Assembly: GCF_009914755.1 (NCBI RefSeq)
Contig: NC_060925.1
Origin: the human T2T-CHM13v2.0 reference genome, Homo sapiens
Reading direction: 5' to 3' (one strand)
DNA: 64,000 bases
In this document: in pieces, positions 42,601 through 57,800 of the stretch
Layout of the letters: each line of letters opens with the position of its first letter
Position numbering within the stretch: position 1 is the first letter of the stretch
Position numbers and translations under genes: made by a program
The notes under the pieces: generated by a model
The model's input: the letters and a program-made list of their open reading frames with translations, nothing else
The model's database searches: none
Told to the model about the DNA's origin: nothing

Positions 42601-45600
42601 TAATGGAAACATTGGAAAGAATTGAATGGAATCGTCATCGAATGAATTGAATGCAATCATCGAATGGTCTCGAATGGAATCATCTTCTAATGAAAAGGAA
42701 TGGAATCATCGCATAGAATCGAATGGAATTATCATCGAATGGAATCGAATGGTATCAACACCAAACGGAAAAAAACGGAATTATCGAATGGAATCGAAGA
42801 GAATCTTCGAACGGACCCGAATGGAATCATCTAATGGAATGGAATGGAATAATCCATGGACTCGAATGCAATCATCATCGAATGGAATCGAATGGAATCA
42901 TCGAATGGACTCGAATGGAATAATCATTGAACGGAATCGAATGGAATCATCATCGGATGGAAACGAATGGAATCATCATCGAATGGAAATGAAAGGAGTC
43001 ATCATCTAATGGAATTGCATGGAATCATCATCAAATGGAATCGAATGGAATCAACATCAAATGGAATCAAATGGAATCATTGAACGGAATTGAATGGAAT
43101 CGTCATCGAATGAATTGAATGCAATCATCGAATGGTCTCGAATGGAATCATCTTCAAATGGAATGGAATGGAATCATCGCATAGAATCGAATGGAATTAT
43201 CATCGAATGGAATCGAATGGAATCAACATCAAACGGAAAAAAACGGAATTATCGAATGGAATCGAAGAGAATCATCGAATGGACCCGAATGGAATCATCT
43301 AATGGAATGGAATGGAATAATCCATGGACTCGAATGCAATCATCATCGAATGGAATCGAATGGAATCATCGAATGGACTCGAATGGAATAATCATTGAAC
43401 GGAATCGAATGGAATCATCATCGGATGGAAATGAATGGAATCATCATCGAATGGAATCGAATAGAATTATGGAATGAAATCCAGTGTGATCATCATCGAA
43501 TGGACCCGAATGGAATCATCATCCAACGTAAGCTAATGGAATCAACATCGAATGAATCGAATGGAAACACCATCGAATTGAAACGAATGGAATTACCATG
43601 AAATTGAAATGGATGGACTCATCATCGAATGGATTCGAATGGAATCATCGAATAAAATTGATTGAAATCATCATCGAATGGTATCGAATGGTATCATTGA
43701 ATGGAATCGAATGGAATCATCCTCAGATGGAAATGAATGGAATCGTCATAGAATGGAATCGAATGGATTCATTGAATGGAATCAGATGGAATCATCGAAT
43801 GGACTGGAATGGAATCATTGAATGGACTCGAAAGGGATCATTATTGAATGGAATTGAATGGAATCATCGAATGGTCCCGATGGAATCATTATCAAATGGA
43901 ATCGAATGGAATCACCGAATAGAATCGAATGGAACAATCATCGAATGGACTCAAATGGAATTATCCTCACATGGAATCGAATGGAATTATCGAATGCAAT
44001 CGAATGGAATTATCGAATGCAATCGAATAGAATCATCGAATGGACTCGAATGGAATCATCGAATGGAATGGAATGGAACAGTCAATGAACTCGAATGGAA
44101 TCATCATTGAATGGAATCGAATGGAATCATCGAGTGGAATCGAATGGAATTATGATCAAATGGAATCGAATTTAATCATCATCAAATGGAATCAAAAATA
44201 ACCATCATCAATTGGTATTGAATGGAATTCTCATCAAATGGAATTCAAAGGAATCATCATCAAATGGAACTGAATGGAATCCTCATTGAATGGAAATGAA
44301 AGGGGTCATCATCTAATGGAATCGCATGGAATCATCATCAAATGGAATCGAATGGAATCATCATCAAATGGAATCTGATGGAATCATTGAACAGAATTGA
44401 ATGGAATCGTCATCGAATGAATTGAATTCAATCATCGAATGGTCTCGAATGTAATCACATTCTAATGGAAAGGAATGGAATCATCGCATAGAATCGAATG
44501 GAATTAACATTGAATGGACTCGAATGGAATCAACATCAAACGGAATCAAGCGGAATTATCGAATGGAATCGAAGAGAATCATCGAATGGTCTCGAATGGA
44601 ATCATCTTCTAATGGAAAGGAATGGAATCATCTCATAGAATCGAATGGAATTAACATTGAATGGACTCGAATGGAATCAACATCAAATGCAATCAAGCGG
44701 AATTGTCGAATGAAATCGAAGAGAATCATCGAATGGACTCGAATGGAATCATCTAATGGAATGGAATGGAATAATCCACGGACTCGAATGCAATCATCAT
44801 CGTATAGAATCGAATGGAATGATCGAAAGGACTCGAATGGAATAACCATTGAACGGAATCGAATGGAATCATCATCGGATGGAAACGAATGGAATCATCA
44901 TCGAATGGAAATGAAAGGAGTCATCATCTAATGGAATTGCATGGAATCATCATCAAATGGAATCGAATGGAATCATCATCAAATGGAATCAAATGGAATC
45001 ATTGAACGGAATTGAATGGAATTGTCATCGAATGAATTGACTGCAATCATCCAATGGTCTCGAATGGAATCATCTTCAAATGGAATGGAATGGAATCATC
45101 GCATAGAATCGAATGGAATTATCATCGAATGGAATCGAATGGTATCAACATCAAACGGAAAAAAACGGAATTATCGAATGGAATCGAAGAGAATCTTCGA
45201 ACGGACCCGAATGGAATCATCTAATGGAATGGAATGGAATAATCCATGGACTCGAATGCAATCATCATCGAATGGAATCGAATGGAATCATTGAATGGAC
45301 TCGAATGGAATAATCATTGAACGGAATCGAATGGAATCATCATCGGATGGAAATGAATGGAATCATCATCGAATGGAATCGAATAGAATTATGGAATGAA
45401 ATCCAGTGTGATCATCATCGAATGGACCCGAATGGAATCATCATCCAACGGAAGCTAATGGAATCAACATCGAATGAATCGAAAGGAAACACCATCGAAT
45501 TGAAACGAATGGAATTATCATGAAATTGAAATGGATGGACTCATCATCGAATGGATTCGAATGGAATCATCGAATAAAATTGATTGAAATCATCATCGAA

Positions 45601-48600
45601 TGGAATCGAATGGTATCATTGAATGGAATCGAATGGAATCATCATCAGATGGAAATGAATGGAATCGTCATAGAATGGAATCGAATGGATTCATTGAATG
45701 GAATCAGATGGAATCATCGAATGGACTCGAATGGAATAATCATTGAACGGAATCGAATGGAATCATCATCGGATGGAAACGAATGGAATCATCATCGAAT
45801 GGAAATGAAAGGAGTCATCATCTAATGGAATTTCATGGAATCATCATCAAATGGAATCGAATGGAATCAACATCAAATGGAATCAAATGGAATCATTGAA
45901 CGGAATTGAATGGAATCGTCATCGAATGAATTGAATGCAATCATCGAATGGTCTCGAATGGAATCATCTTCAAATGGAATGCAATGGAATCATCGCATAG
46001 AATCGAATGGAATTATCATCGAATGGAATCGAATGTTATCAACATCAAACGGAAAATAACGGAATTATCGAATGGAATCGAAGAGAATCATCGAACGGAC
46101 CCGAATGGAATCATCTAATGGAATGGAATGGAATAATCCACGGACTCGAATGCAATCATCGTCGAATGGAATCGAATAGAATCATCGAATGGACTCGAAT
46201 GGAATAATCATTGAACGGAATCGAATGGAATCATCATCGGATGGAAACGAATGGAATCATCATCGAATGGAATCGAATAGAATTATGGAATGAAATCCAG
46301 TGTGATCATCATCGAATGGACCCGAATGGAATCATCATCCAACGGAAGCTAATGGAATCAACATCGAATGAATCAAATGGAAACACCATCGAATTGAAAC
46401 GAATGGAATTACCATGAAATTGAAATGGATGGACTCATCATCAAATGGATTCGAATGGAATCATCGAATAAAATTGATTGAAATCATCATCGAATGGAAT
46501 CGAATGGTATCATTGAATGGAATCGAATGGAATCATCATCAGATGGAAATGAATGGAATCGTCATAGAATGGAATCGAATGGATTCATTGAATGGAATCA
46601 GATGGAATCATTGAATGGACTGGAATGGAATCATTGAATGGACTCGAAAGGGATCATTATTGAATGGAATTGAATGGAATCATCGAATGGTCTCGATTGG
46701 AATCATTATCAAATGGAATCGAATGGAATCACCGAATAGAATCGAATGGAACAATCATCGAATGGACTCAAATGGAATTATCCTCCAATGGAATGGAATG
46801 GAATTATCGAATGCAATCGAATGGAATTATCGAATGCAATCGAATAGAATCATCGAATGGACTCGAATGGAATCATCGAATGGAATGGAATGGAACAGTC
46901 AATGAACTCGAATGGAATCATCATTGAATGGAATCGAATGGAATCATCGAGTGGAATCGAATGGAATTATGATCAAATGGAATCGAATGTAATCATCATC
47001 AAATGGAATCAAAAATAACCATCATCAATTGGTATTGAATGGAATTGTCATCAAATGGAATTCAAAGGAATCATCATCAAATGGAACCGAATGGAATCCT
47101 CATTGAATGGAAATGAAAGGGGTCATCATCTAATGGAATCGCATGGAATCATCATCAAATGGAATCGAATGGAATCATCATCAAATGGAATCTAATGGAA
47201 TCATTGAAAAGAATTGAATGGAATCGTCATCGAATGAATTGAATGCAATCATCGAATGGTCTCGAATGGAATCATCTTCTAATGGAAAGGAATGGAATCA
47301 TCGCATAGAATCGAATGGAATTATCATCGAATGGAATCGAATGGTATCAACACCAAACGGAAAAAAACGGAATTATCGAATGGAATCGAAGAGAATCTTC
47401 GAACGGACCCGAATGGAATCATCTAATGGAATGGAATGGAATAATCCATGGACTCGAATGCAATCATCATCGAATGGAATCGAATGGAATCATCGAATGG
47501 ACTCGAATGGAATAATCATTGAACGGAATCGAATGGAATCATCATCGGATGGAAACGAATGGAATCATCATCGAATGGAAATGAAAGGAGTCATCATCTA
47601 ATGGAATTGCATGGAATCATCATCAAATGGAATCGAATGGAATCAACATCAAATGGAATCAAATGGAATCATTGAACGGAATTGAATGGAATCGTCATCG
47701 AATGAATTGAATGCAATCATCGAATGGTCTCGAATGGAATCATCTTCAAATAGAATGGAATGGAATCATCGCATAGAATCGAATGGAATTATCATCGAAT
47801 GGAATCGAATGGAATCAACATCAAACGGAAAAAAACGGAATTATCGAATGGAATCGAAGAGAATCATCGAATGGACCCGAATGGAATCATCTAATGGAAT
47901 GGAATGGAATAATCCATGGACTCGAATGCAATCATCATCGAATGGAATCGAATGGAATCATCGAATGGACTCGAATGGAATAATCATTGAACGGAATCGA
48001 ATGGAATCATCATCGGATGGAAATGAATGGAATCATCATCGAATGGAATCGAATAGAATTATGGAATGAAATCCAGTGTGATCATCATCGAATGGACCCG
48101 AATGGAATCATCATCCAACGTAAGCTAATGGAATCAACATCGAATGAATCGAATGGAAACACCATCGAATTGAAACGAATGGAATTACCATGAAATTGAA
48201 ATGGATGGACTCATCATCGAATGGATTCGAATGGAATCATCGAATAAAATTGATTGAAATCATCATCGAATTGTATCGAATGGTATCATTGAATGGAATC
48301 GAATGGAATCATCCTCAGATGGAAATGAATGGAATCGTCATAGAATGGAATCGAATGGATTCATTGAATGGAATCAGATGGAATCATCGAATGGACTGGA
48401 ATGGAATCATTGAATGGACTCGAAAGGGATCATTATTGAATGGAATTGAATGGAATCATCGAATGGTCCCGATGGAATCATTATCAAATGGAATCGAATG
48501 GAATCACCGAATAGAATCGAATGGAACAATCATCGAATGGACTCAAATGGAATTATCCTCACATGGAATCGAATGGAATTATCGAATGCAATCGAATGGA

Positions 48601-51600
48601 ATTATCGAATGCAATCGAATAGAATCATCGAATGGACTCGAATGGAATCATCGAATGGAATGGAATGGAACAGTCAATGAACTCGAATGGAATCATCATT
48701 GAATGGAATCGAATGGAATCATCGAGTGGAATCGAATGGAATTATGATCAAATGGAATCGAATTTAATCATCATCAAATGGAATCAAAAATAACCATCAT
48801 CAATTGGTATTGAATGGAATTCTCATCAAATGGAATTCAAAGGAATCATCATCAAATGGAACTGAATGGAATCCTCATTGAATGGAAATGAAAGGGGTCA
48901 TCATCTAATGGAATCGCATGGAATCATCATCAAATGGAATCGAATGGAATCATCATCAAATGGAATCTGATGGAATCATTGAACAGAATTGAATGGAATC
49001 GTCATCGAATGAATTGAATTCAATCATCGAATGGTCTCGAATGTAATCACATTCTAATGGAAAGGAATGGAATCATCGCATAGAATCGAATGGAATTAAC
49101 ATTGAATGGACTCGAATGGAATCAACATCAAACGGAATCAAGCGGAATTATCGAATGGAATCGAAGAGAATCATCGAATGGTCTCGAATGGAATCATCTT
49201 CTAATGGAAAGGAATGGAATCATCTCATAGAATCGAATGGAATTAACATTGAATGGACTCGAATGGAATCAACATCAAATGCAATCAAGCGGAATTGTCG
49301 AATGAAATCGAAGAGAATCATCGAATGGACTCGAATGGAATCATCTAATGGAATGGAATGGAATAATCCACGGACTCGAATGCAATCATCATCGTATAGA
49401 ATCGAATGGAATGATCGAAAGGACTCGAATGGAATAACCATTGAACGGAATCGAATGGAATCATCATCGGATGGAAACGAATGGAATCATCATCGAATGG
49501 AAATGAAAGGAGTCATCATCTAATGGAATTGCATGGAATCATCATCAAATGGAATCGAATGGAATCATCATCAAATGGAATCAAATGGAATCATTGAACG
49601 GAATTGAATGGAATTGTCATCGAATGAATTGACTGCAATCATCCAATGGTCTCGAATGGAATCATCTTCAAATGGAATGGAATGGAATCATCGCATAGAA
49701 TCGAATGGAATTATCATCGAATGGAATCGAATGGTATCAACATCAAACGGAAAAAAACGGAATTATCGAATGGAATCGAAGAGAATCTTCGAACGGACCC
49801 GAATGGAATCATCTAATGGAATGGAATGGAATAATCCATGGACTCGAATGCAATCATCATCGAATGGAATCGAATGGAATCATTGAATGGACTCGAATGG
49901 AATAATCATTGAACGGAATCGAATGGAATCATCATCGGATGGAAATGAATGGAATCATCATCGAATGGAATCGAATAGAATTATGGAATGAAATCCAGTG
50001 TGATCATCATCGAATGGACCCGAATGGAATCATCATCCAACGGAAGCTAATGGAATCAACATCGAATGAATCGAAAGGAAACACCATCGAATTGAAACGA
50101 ATGGAATTATCATGAAATTGAAATGGATGGACTCATCATCGAATGGATTCGAATGGAATCATCGAATAAAATTGATTGAAATCATCATCGAATGGAATCG
50201 AATGGTATCATTGAATGGAATCGAATGGAATCATCATCAGATGGAAATGAATGGAATCGTCATAGAATGGAATCGAATGGATTCATTGAATGGAATCAGA
50301 TGGAATCATCGAATGGACTCGAATGGAATAATCATTGAACGGAATCGAATGGAATCATCATCGGATGGAAACGAATGGAATCATCATCGAATGGAAATGA
50401 AAGGAGTCATCATCTAATGGAATTTCATGGAATCATCATCAAATGGAATCGAATGGAATCAACATCAAATGGAATCAAATGGAATCATTGAACGGAATTG
50501 AATGGAATCGTCATCGAATGAATTGAATGCAATCATCGAATGGTCTCGAATGGAATCATCTTCAAATGGAATGGAATGGAATCATCGCATAGAATCGAAT
50601 GGAATTATCATCGAATGGAATCGAATGTTATCAACATCAAACGGAAAATAACGGAATTATCGAATGGAATCGAAGAGAATCATCGAACGGACCCGAATGG
50701 AATCATCTAATGGAATGGAATGGAATAATCCACGGACTCGAATGCAATCATCGTCGAATGGAATCGAATAGAATCATCGAATGGACTCGAATGGAATAAT
50801 CATTGAACGGAATCGAATGGAATCATCATCGGATGGAAACGAATGGAATCATCATCGAATGGAATCGAATAGAATTATGGAATGAAATCCAGTGTGATCA
50901 TCATCGAATGGACCCGAATGGAATCATCATCCAACGGAAGCTAATGGAATCAACATCGAATGAATCAAATGGAAACACCATCGAATTGAAACGAATGGAA
51001 TTACCATGAAATTGAAATGGATGGACTCATCATCAAATGGATTCGAATGGAATCATCGAATAAAATTGATTGAAATCATCATCGAATGGAATCGAATGGT
51101 ATCATTGAATGGAATCGAATGGAATCATCATCAGATGGAAATGAATGGAATCGTCATAGAATGGAATCGAATGGATTCATTGAATGGAATCAGATGGAAT
51201 CATTGAATGGACTGGAATGGAATCATTGAATGGACTCGAAAGGGATCATTATTGAATGGAATTGAATGGAATCATCGAATGGTCTCGATTGGAATCATTA
51301 TCAAATGGAATCGAATGGAATCACCGAATAGAATCGAATGGAACAATCATCGAATGGACTCAAATGGAATTATCCTCCAATGGAATGGAATGGAATTATC
51401 GAATGCAATCGAATGGAATTATCGAATGCAATCGAATAGAATCATCGAATGGACTCGAATGGAATCATCGAATGGAATGGAATGGAATGGAACAGTCAAT
51501 GAACTCGAATGGAATCATCATTGAATGGAATCGAATGGAATCATCGAGTGGAATCGAATGGAATTATGATCAAATGGAATCGAATGTAATCATCATCAAA

Positions 51601-51813
51601 TGGAATCAAAAATAACCATCATCAATTGGTATTGAATGGAATTGTCATCAAATGGAATTCAAAGGAATCATCATCAAATGGAACCGAATGGAATCCTCAT
51701 TGAATGGAAATGAAAGGGGTCATCATCTAATGGAATCGCATGGAATCATCATCAAATGGAATCGAATGGAATCATCATCAAATGGAATCCAATGGAATCA
51801 TTGAAAGAATTGA
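39542..51813 (+). repeat. ~12.27-kb higher-order repeat, copy 2 (12272 bp)
   Basis: Offsets 40514->52786 and 43598->55870 equal 12272 bp, with the same monomer order. Confidence 0.9.
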
Positions 51814-54800
51814 ATGGAATGGTCATCGAATGAATTGAATGCAATCATCGAATGGTCTCGAATGGAATCATCTTCTAATGGAAAGGAATGGAATCATCGC
51901 ATAGAATCGAATGGAATTATCATCGAATGGAATCGAATGGTATCAACACCAAACGGAAAAAAACGGAATTATCGAATGGAATCGAAGAGAATCTTCGAAC
52001 GGACCCGAATGGAATCATCTAATGGAATGGAATGGAATAATCCATGGACTCGAATGCAATCATCATCGAATGGAATCGAATGGAATCATCGAATGGACTC
52101 GAATGGAATAATCATTGAACGGAATCGAATGGAATCATCATCGGATGGAAACGAATGGAATCATCATCGAATGGAAATGAAAGGAGTCATCATCTAATGG
52201 AATTGCATGGAATCATCATCAAATGGAATCGAATGGAATCAACATCAAATGGAATCAAATGGAATCATTGAACGGAATTGAATGGAATCGTCATCGAATG
52301 AATTGAATGCAATCATCGAATGGTCTCGAAAGGAATCATCTTCAAATGGAATGGAATGGAATCATCGCATAGAATCGAATGGAATTATCATCGAATGGAA
52401 TCGAATGGAATCAACATCAAACGGAAAAAAACGGAATTATCGAATGGAATCGAAGAGAATCATCGAATGGACCCGAATGGAATCATCTAATGGAATGGAA
52501 TGGAATAATCCATGGACTCGAATGCAATCATCATCGAATGGAATCGAATGGAATCATCGAATGGACTCGAATGGAATAATCATGGAACGGAATCGAATGG
52601 AATCATCATCGGATGGAAATGAATGGAATCATCATCGAATGGAATCGAATAGAATTATGGAATGAAATCCAGTGTGATCATCATCGAATGGACCCGAATG
52701 GAATCATCATCCAACGGAAGCTAATGGAATCAACATCGAATGAATCAAATGGAAACACCATCGAATTGAAACGAATGGATTTACCATGAAATTGAAATGG
52801 ATGGACTCATCATCAAATGGATTCGAGTGGAATCATCGAATAAAATTGATTGAAATCATCATCGAATGTTATCGAATGGTATCATTGAATGGAATCGAAT
52901 GGAATCATCATCAGATGGAAATGAAAGGAATCGTCATAGAATGGAATCGAATGGATTCATTGAATGGAATCAGATGGAATCTTCGAATGGACTGGAATGG
53001 AATCATTGAATGGACTCGAAAGGGATCATTATTGAATGGAATTGAATGGAATCATCGAATGGTCTCGATTGGAATCATTATCAAATGGAATCGAATGGAA
53101 TCACCGAATAGAATCGAATGGAACAATCATCAAATGGACTCAAATGGAATTATCCTCAAATGGAATTGAATGGAATTATCGAATGCAATCGAATGGAATT
53201 ATCGAATGCAATCGAATAGAATCATCGAATGGACTCGAATGGAATCATCGAATGGAATGGAATGGAACAGTCAATGAACTCGAATGGAATCATCATTGAA
53301 TGGAATCGAATGGAATCATCGAGTGGAATCGAATGTAATCATCATCAAATGGAATCAAAAATAACCATCATCAAATGGAATCAAAAATAACCATCATCAA
53401 TTGGTGTTGAATGGAATTCTCATCAAATGGAATTCAAAGAAATCATCATCAAATGGAACCGAATGGAATCCTCATTGAATGGAAATGAAAGGGGTCATCA
53501 TCTAATGGAATCGCATGGAATCATCATAAAATGGAATCGAATGGAATCAACATCAAATGGAATCAAATGGAATCATTGAACGGAATTGAATGGAATCGTC
53601 ATCGAAAGAATTGAATGCAATCATCGAATGGTCTCGAATGGAATCATCTTCAAATGGAATGGAATGGAATCATCGCATAGAATCGAAAGGAATTATCATC
53701 GAATGGAATCGAATGGAATCAACACCAAACGGAAAAAAACGGAATTATCGAATGGAATCGAAGAGAATCATCGAATGGACCCGAATGGAATCATCTAATG
53801 GAATGGAATGGAATAATCCATGGACTCGAATGCAATCATCATCGAATGCAATCGAATGGAATCATCGAATGGACTCGAATGGAATAATCATTGAACGGAA
53901 TCGAATGGAATCATCATCGGATGGAAACGAATGGAATCATCATCGAATGGAATCGAATAGAATTATGGATTGAAATCCAGTGTGATCATCATCGAATGGA
54001 CCCGAATGGAATCATCATCCAACGGAAGCTAATGGAATCAACATCGAATGAATCGAAAGGAAACACCATCGAATTGAAACGAATGGAATTACCATGAAAT
54101 TGAAATGGATGGACTCATCATCAAATGGATTCGTATGGAATCATCGAATAAAATTGATTGAAATCATCATCGAATGGAATCGAATGGTATCATTGAATGG
54201 AATCGAATGGAATCATCATCAGATGGAAATGAATGGAATCGTCATAGAATGGGATCGAATGGATTCATTGAATGGAATCAGATGGAATCATTGAATGGAC
54301 TGGAATGGAATCATTGAATGGACTCGAAAGGGATCATTATTGAATGGAATTGAATGGAATCATCGAATGGTCTCGATAGGAATCATTATCAAATGGAATC
54401 GAATGGAATCACCGAATAGAATCGAATGGAACAATCATCGAATGGACTCAAATGGAATTATCCTCTAATGGAATCGAATGGAATTATCGAATGTAATCGA
54501 ATGGAATTCTCGAATGCAATCGAATAGAATCATCGAATGGACTCGAATGGAATCATCGAATGGAATGGAATGGAACAGTCAATGAACTCGAATGGAATCA
54601 TCATTGAATGGAATCGAATGGAATCATCGAGTGGAATCGAAAGGAATTATGACCAAATGGAATCGAATGTAATCATCATCAAATGGAATCAAAAATAACC
54701 ATCATCAATTGGTATTGAATGGAATTGTCATCAAATGGAATTCAAAGGAATCATCATCAAATGGAACCGAATGGAATCCTCATTGAATGGAAATGAAAGG

Positions 54801-57800
54801 GGTCATCATCTAATGGAATCGCATGGAATCATCATCAAATGGAATCGAATGGAATCATCATCAAATGGAATCTAATGGAAACATTGAAAAGAATTGAATG
54901 GAATCGTCATCGAATGAATTGAATGCAATCATCGAATGGTCTCGAATGGAATCATCTTCTAATGAAAAGGAATGGAATCATCGCATAGAATCGAATGGAA
55001 TTATCATCGAATGGAATCGAATGGTATCAACACCAAACGGAAAAAAACGGAATTATCGAATGGAATCGAAGAGAATCTTCGAACGGACCCGAATGGAATC
55101 ATCTAATGGAATGGAATGGAATAATCCATGGACTCGAATGCAATCATCATCGAATGGAATCGAATGGAATCATCGAATGGACTCGAATGGAATAATCATT
55201 GAACGGAATCGAATGGAATCATCATCGGATGGAAACGAATGGAATCATCATCGAATGGAAATGAAAGGAGTCATCATCTAATGGAATTGCATGGAATCAT
55301 CATCAAATGGAATCGAATGGAATCAACATCAAATGGAATCAAATGGAATCATTGAACGGAATTGAATGGAATCGTCATCGAATGAATTGAATGCAATCAT
55401 CGAATGGTCTCGAATGGAATCATCTTCAAATGGAATGGAATGGAATCATCGCATAGAATCGAATGGAATTATCATCGAATGGAATCGAATGGAATCAACA
55501 TCAAACGGAAAAAAACGGAATTATCGAATGGAATCGAAGAGAATCATCGAATGGACCCGAATGGAATCATCTAATGGAATGGAATGGAATAATCCATGGA
55601 CTCGAATGCAATCATCATCGAATGGAATCGAATGGAATCATCGAATGGACTCGAATGGAATAATCATTGAACGGAATCGAATGGAATCATCATCGGATGG
55701 AAATGAATGGAATCATCATCGAATGGAATCGAATAGAATTATGGAATGAAATCCAGTGTGATCATCATCGAATGGACCCGAATGGAATCATCATCCAACG
55801 TAAGCTAATGGAATCAACATCGAATGAATCGAATGGAAACACCATCGAATTGAAACGAATGGAATTACCATGAAATTGAAATGGATGGACTCATCATCGA
55901 ATGGATTCGAATGGAATCATCGAATAAAATTGATTGAAATCATCATCGAATGGTATCGAATGGTATCATTGAATGGAATCGAATGGAATCATCCTCAGAT
56001 GGAAATGAATGGAATCGTCATAGAATGGAATCGAATGGATTCATTGAATGGAATCAGATGGAATCATCGAATGGACTGGAATGGAATCATTGAATGGACT
56101 CGAAAGGGATCATTATTGAATGGAATTGAATGGAATCATCGAATGGTCCCGATGGAATCATTATCAAATGGAATCGAATGGAATCACCGAATAGAATCGA
56201 ATGGAACAATCATCGAATGGACTCAAATGGAATTATCCTCACATGGAATCGAATGGAATTATCGAATGCAATCGAATGGAATTATCGAATGCAATCGAAT
56301 AGAATCATCGAATGGACTCGAATGGAATCATCGAATGGAATGGAATGGAACAGTCAATGAACTCGAATGGAATCATCATTGAATGGAATCGAATGGAATC
56401 ATCGAGTGGAATCGAATGGAATTATGATCAAATGGAATCGAATTTAATCATCATCAAATGGAATCAAAAATAACCATCATCAATTGGTATTGAATGGAAT
56501 TCTCATCAAATGGAATTCAAAGGAATCATCATCAAATGGAACTGAATGGAATCCTCATTGAATGGAAATGAAAGGGGTCATCATCTAATGGAATCGCATG
56601 GAATCATCATCAAATGGAATCGAATGGAATCATCATCAAATGGAATCTGATGGAATCATTGAACAGAATTGAATGGAATCGTCATCGAATGAATTGAATT
56701 CAATCATCGAATGGTCTCGAATGTAATCACATTCTAATGGAAAGGAATGGAATCATCGCATAGAATCGAATGGAATTAACATTGAATGGACTCGAATGGA
56801 ATCAACATCAAACGGAATCAAGCGGAATTATCGAATGGAATCGAAGAGAATCATCGAATGGTCTCGAATGGAATCATCTTCTAATGGAAAGGAATGGAAT
56901 CATCTCATAGAATCGAATGGAATTAACATTGAATGGACTCGAATGGAATCAACATCAAATGCAATCAAGCGGAATTGTCGAATGAAATCGAAGAGAATCA
57001 TCGAATGGACTCGAATGGAATCATCTAATGGAATGGAATGGAATAATCCACGGACTCGAATGCAATCATCATCGTATAGAATCGAATGGAATGATCGAAA
57101 GGACTCGAATGGAATAACCATTGAACGGAATCGAATGGAATCATCATCGGATGGAAACGAATGGAATCATCATCGAATGGAAATGAAAGGAGTCATCATC
57201 TAATGGAATTGCATGGAATCATCATCAAATGGAATCGAATGGAATCATCATCAAATGGAATCAAATGGAATCATTGAACGGAATTGAATGGAATTGTCAT
57301 CGAATGAATTGACTGCAATCATCCAATGGTCTCGAATGGAATCATCTTCAAATGGAATGGAATGGAATCATCGCATAGAATCGAATGGAATTATCATCGA
57401 ATGGAATCGAATGGTATCAACATCAAACGGAAAAAAACGGAATTATCGAATGGAATCGAAGAGAATCTTCGAACGGACCCGAATGGAATCATCTAATGGA
57501 ATGGAATGGAATAATCCATGGACTCGAATGCAATCATCATCGAATGGAATCGAATGGAATCATTGAATGGACTCGAATGGAATAATCATTGAACGGAATC
57601 GAATGGAATCATCATCGGATGGAAATGAATGGAATCATCATCGAATGGAATCGAATAGAATTATGGAATGAAATCCAGTGTGATCATCATCGAATGGACC
57701 CGAATGGAATCATCATCCAACGGAAGCTAATGGAATCAACATCGAATGAATCGAAAGGAAACACCATCGAATTGAAACGAATGGAATTATCATGAAATTG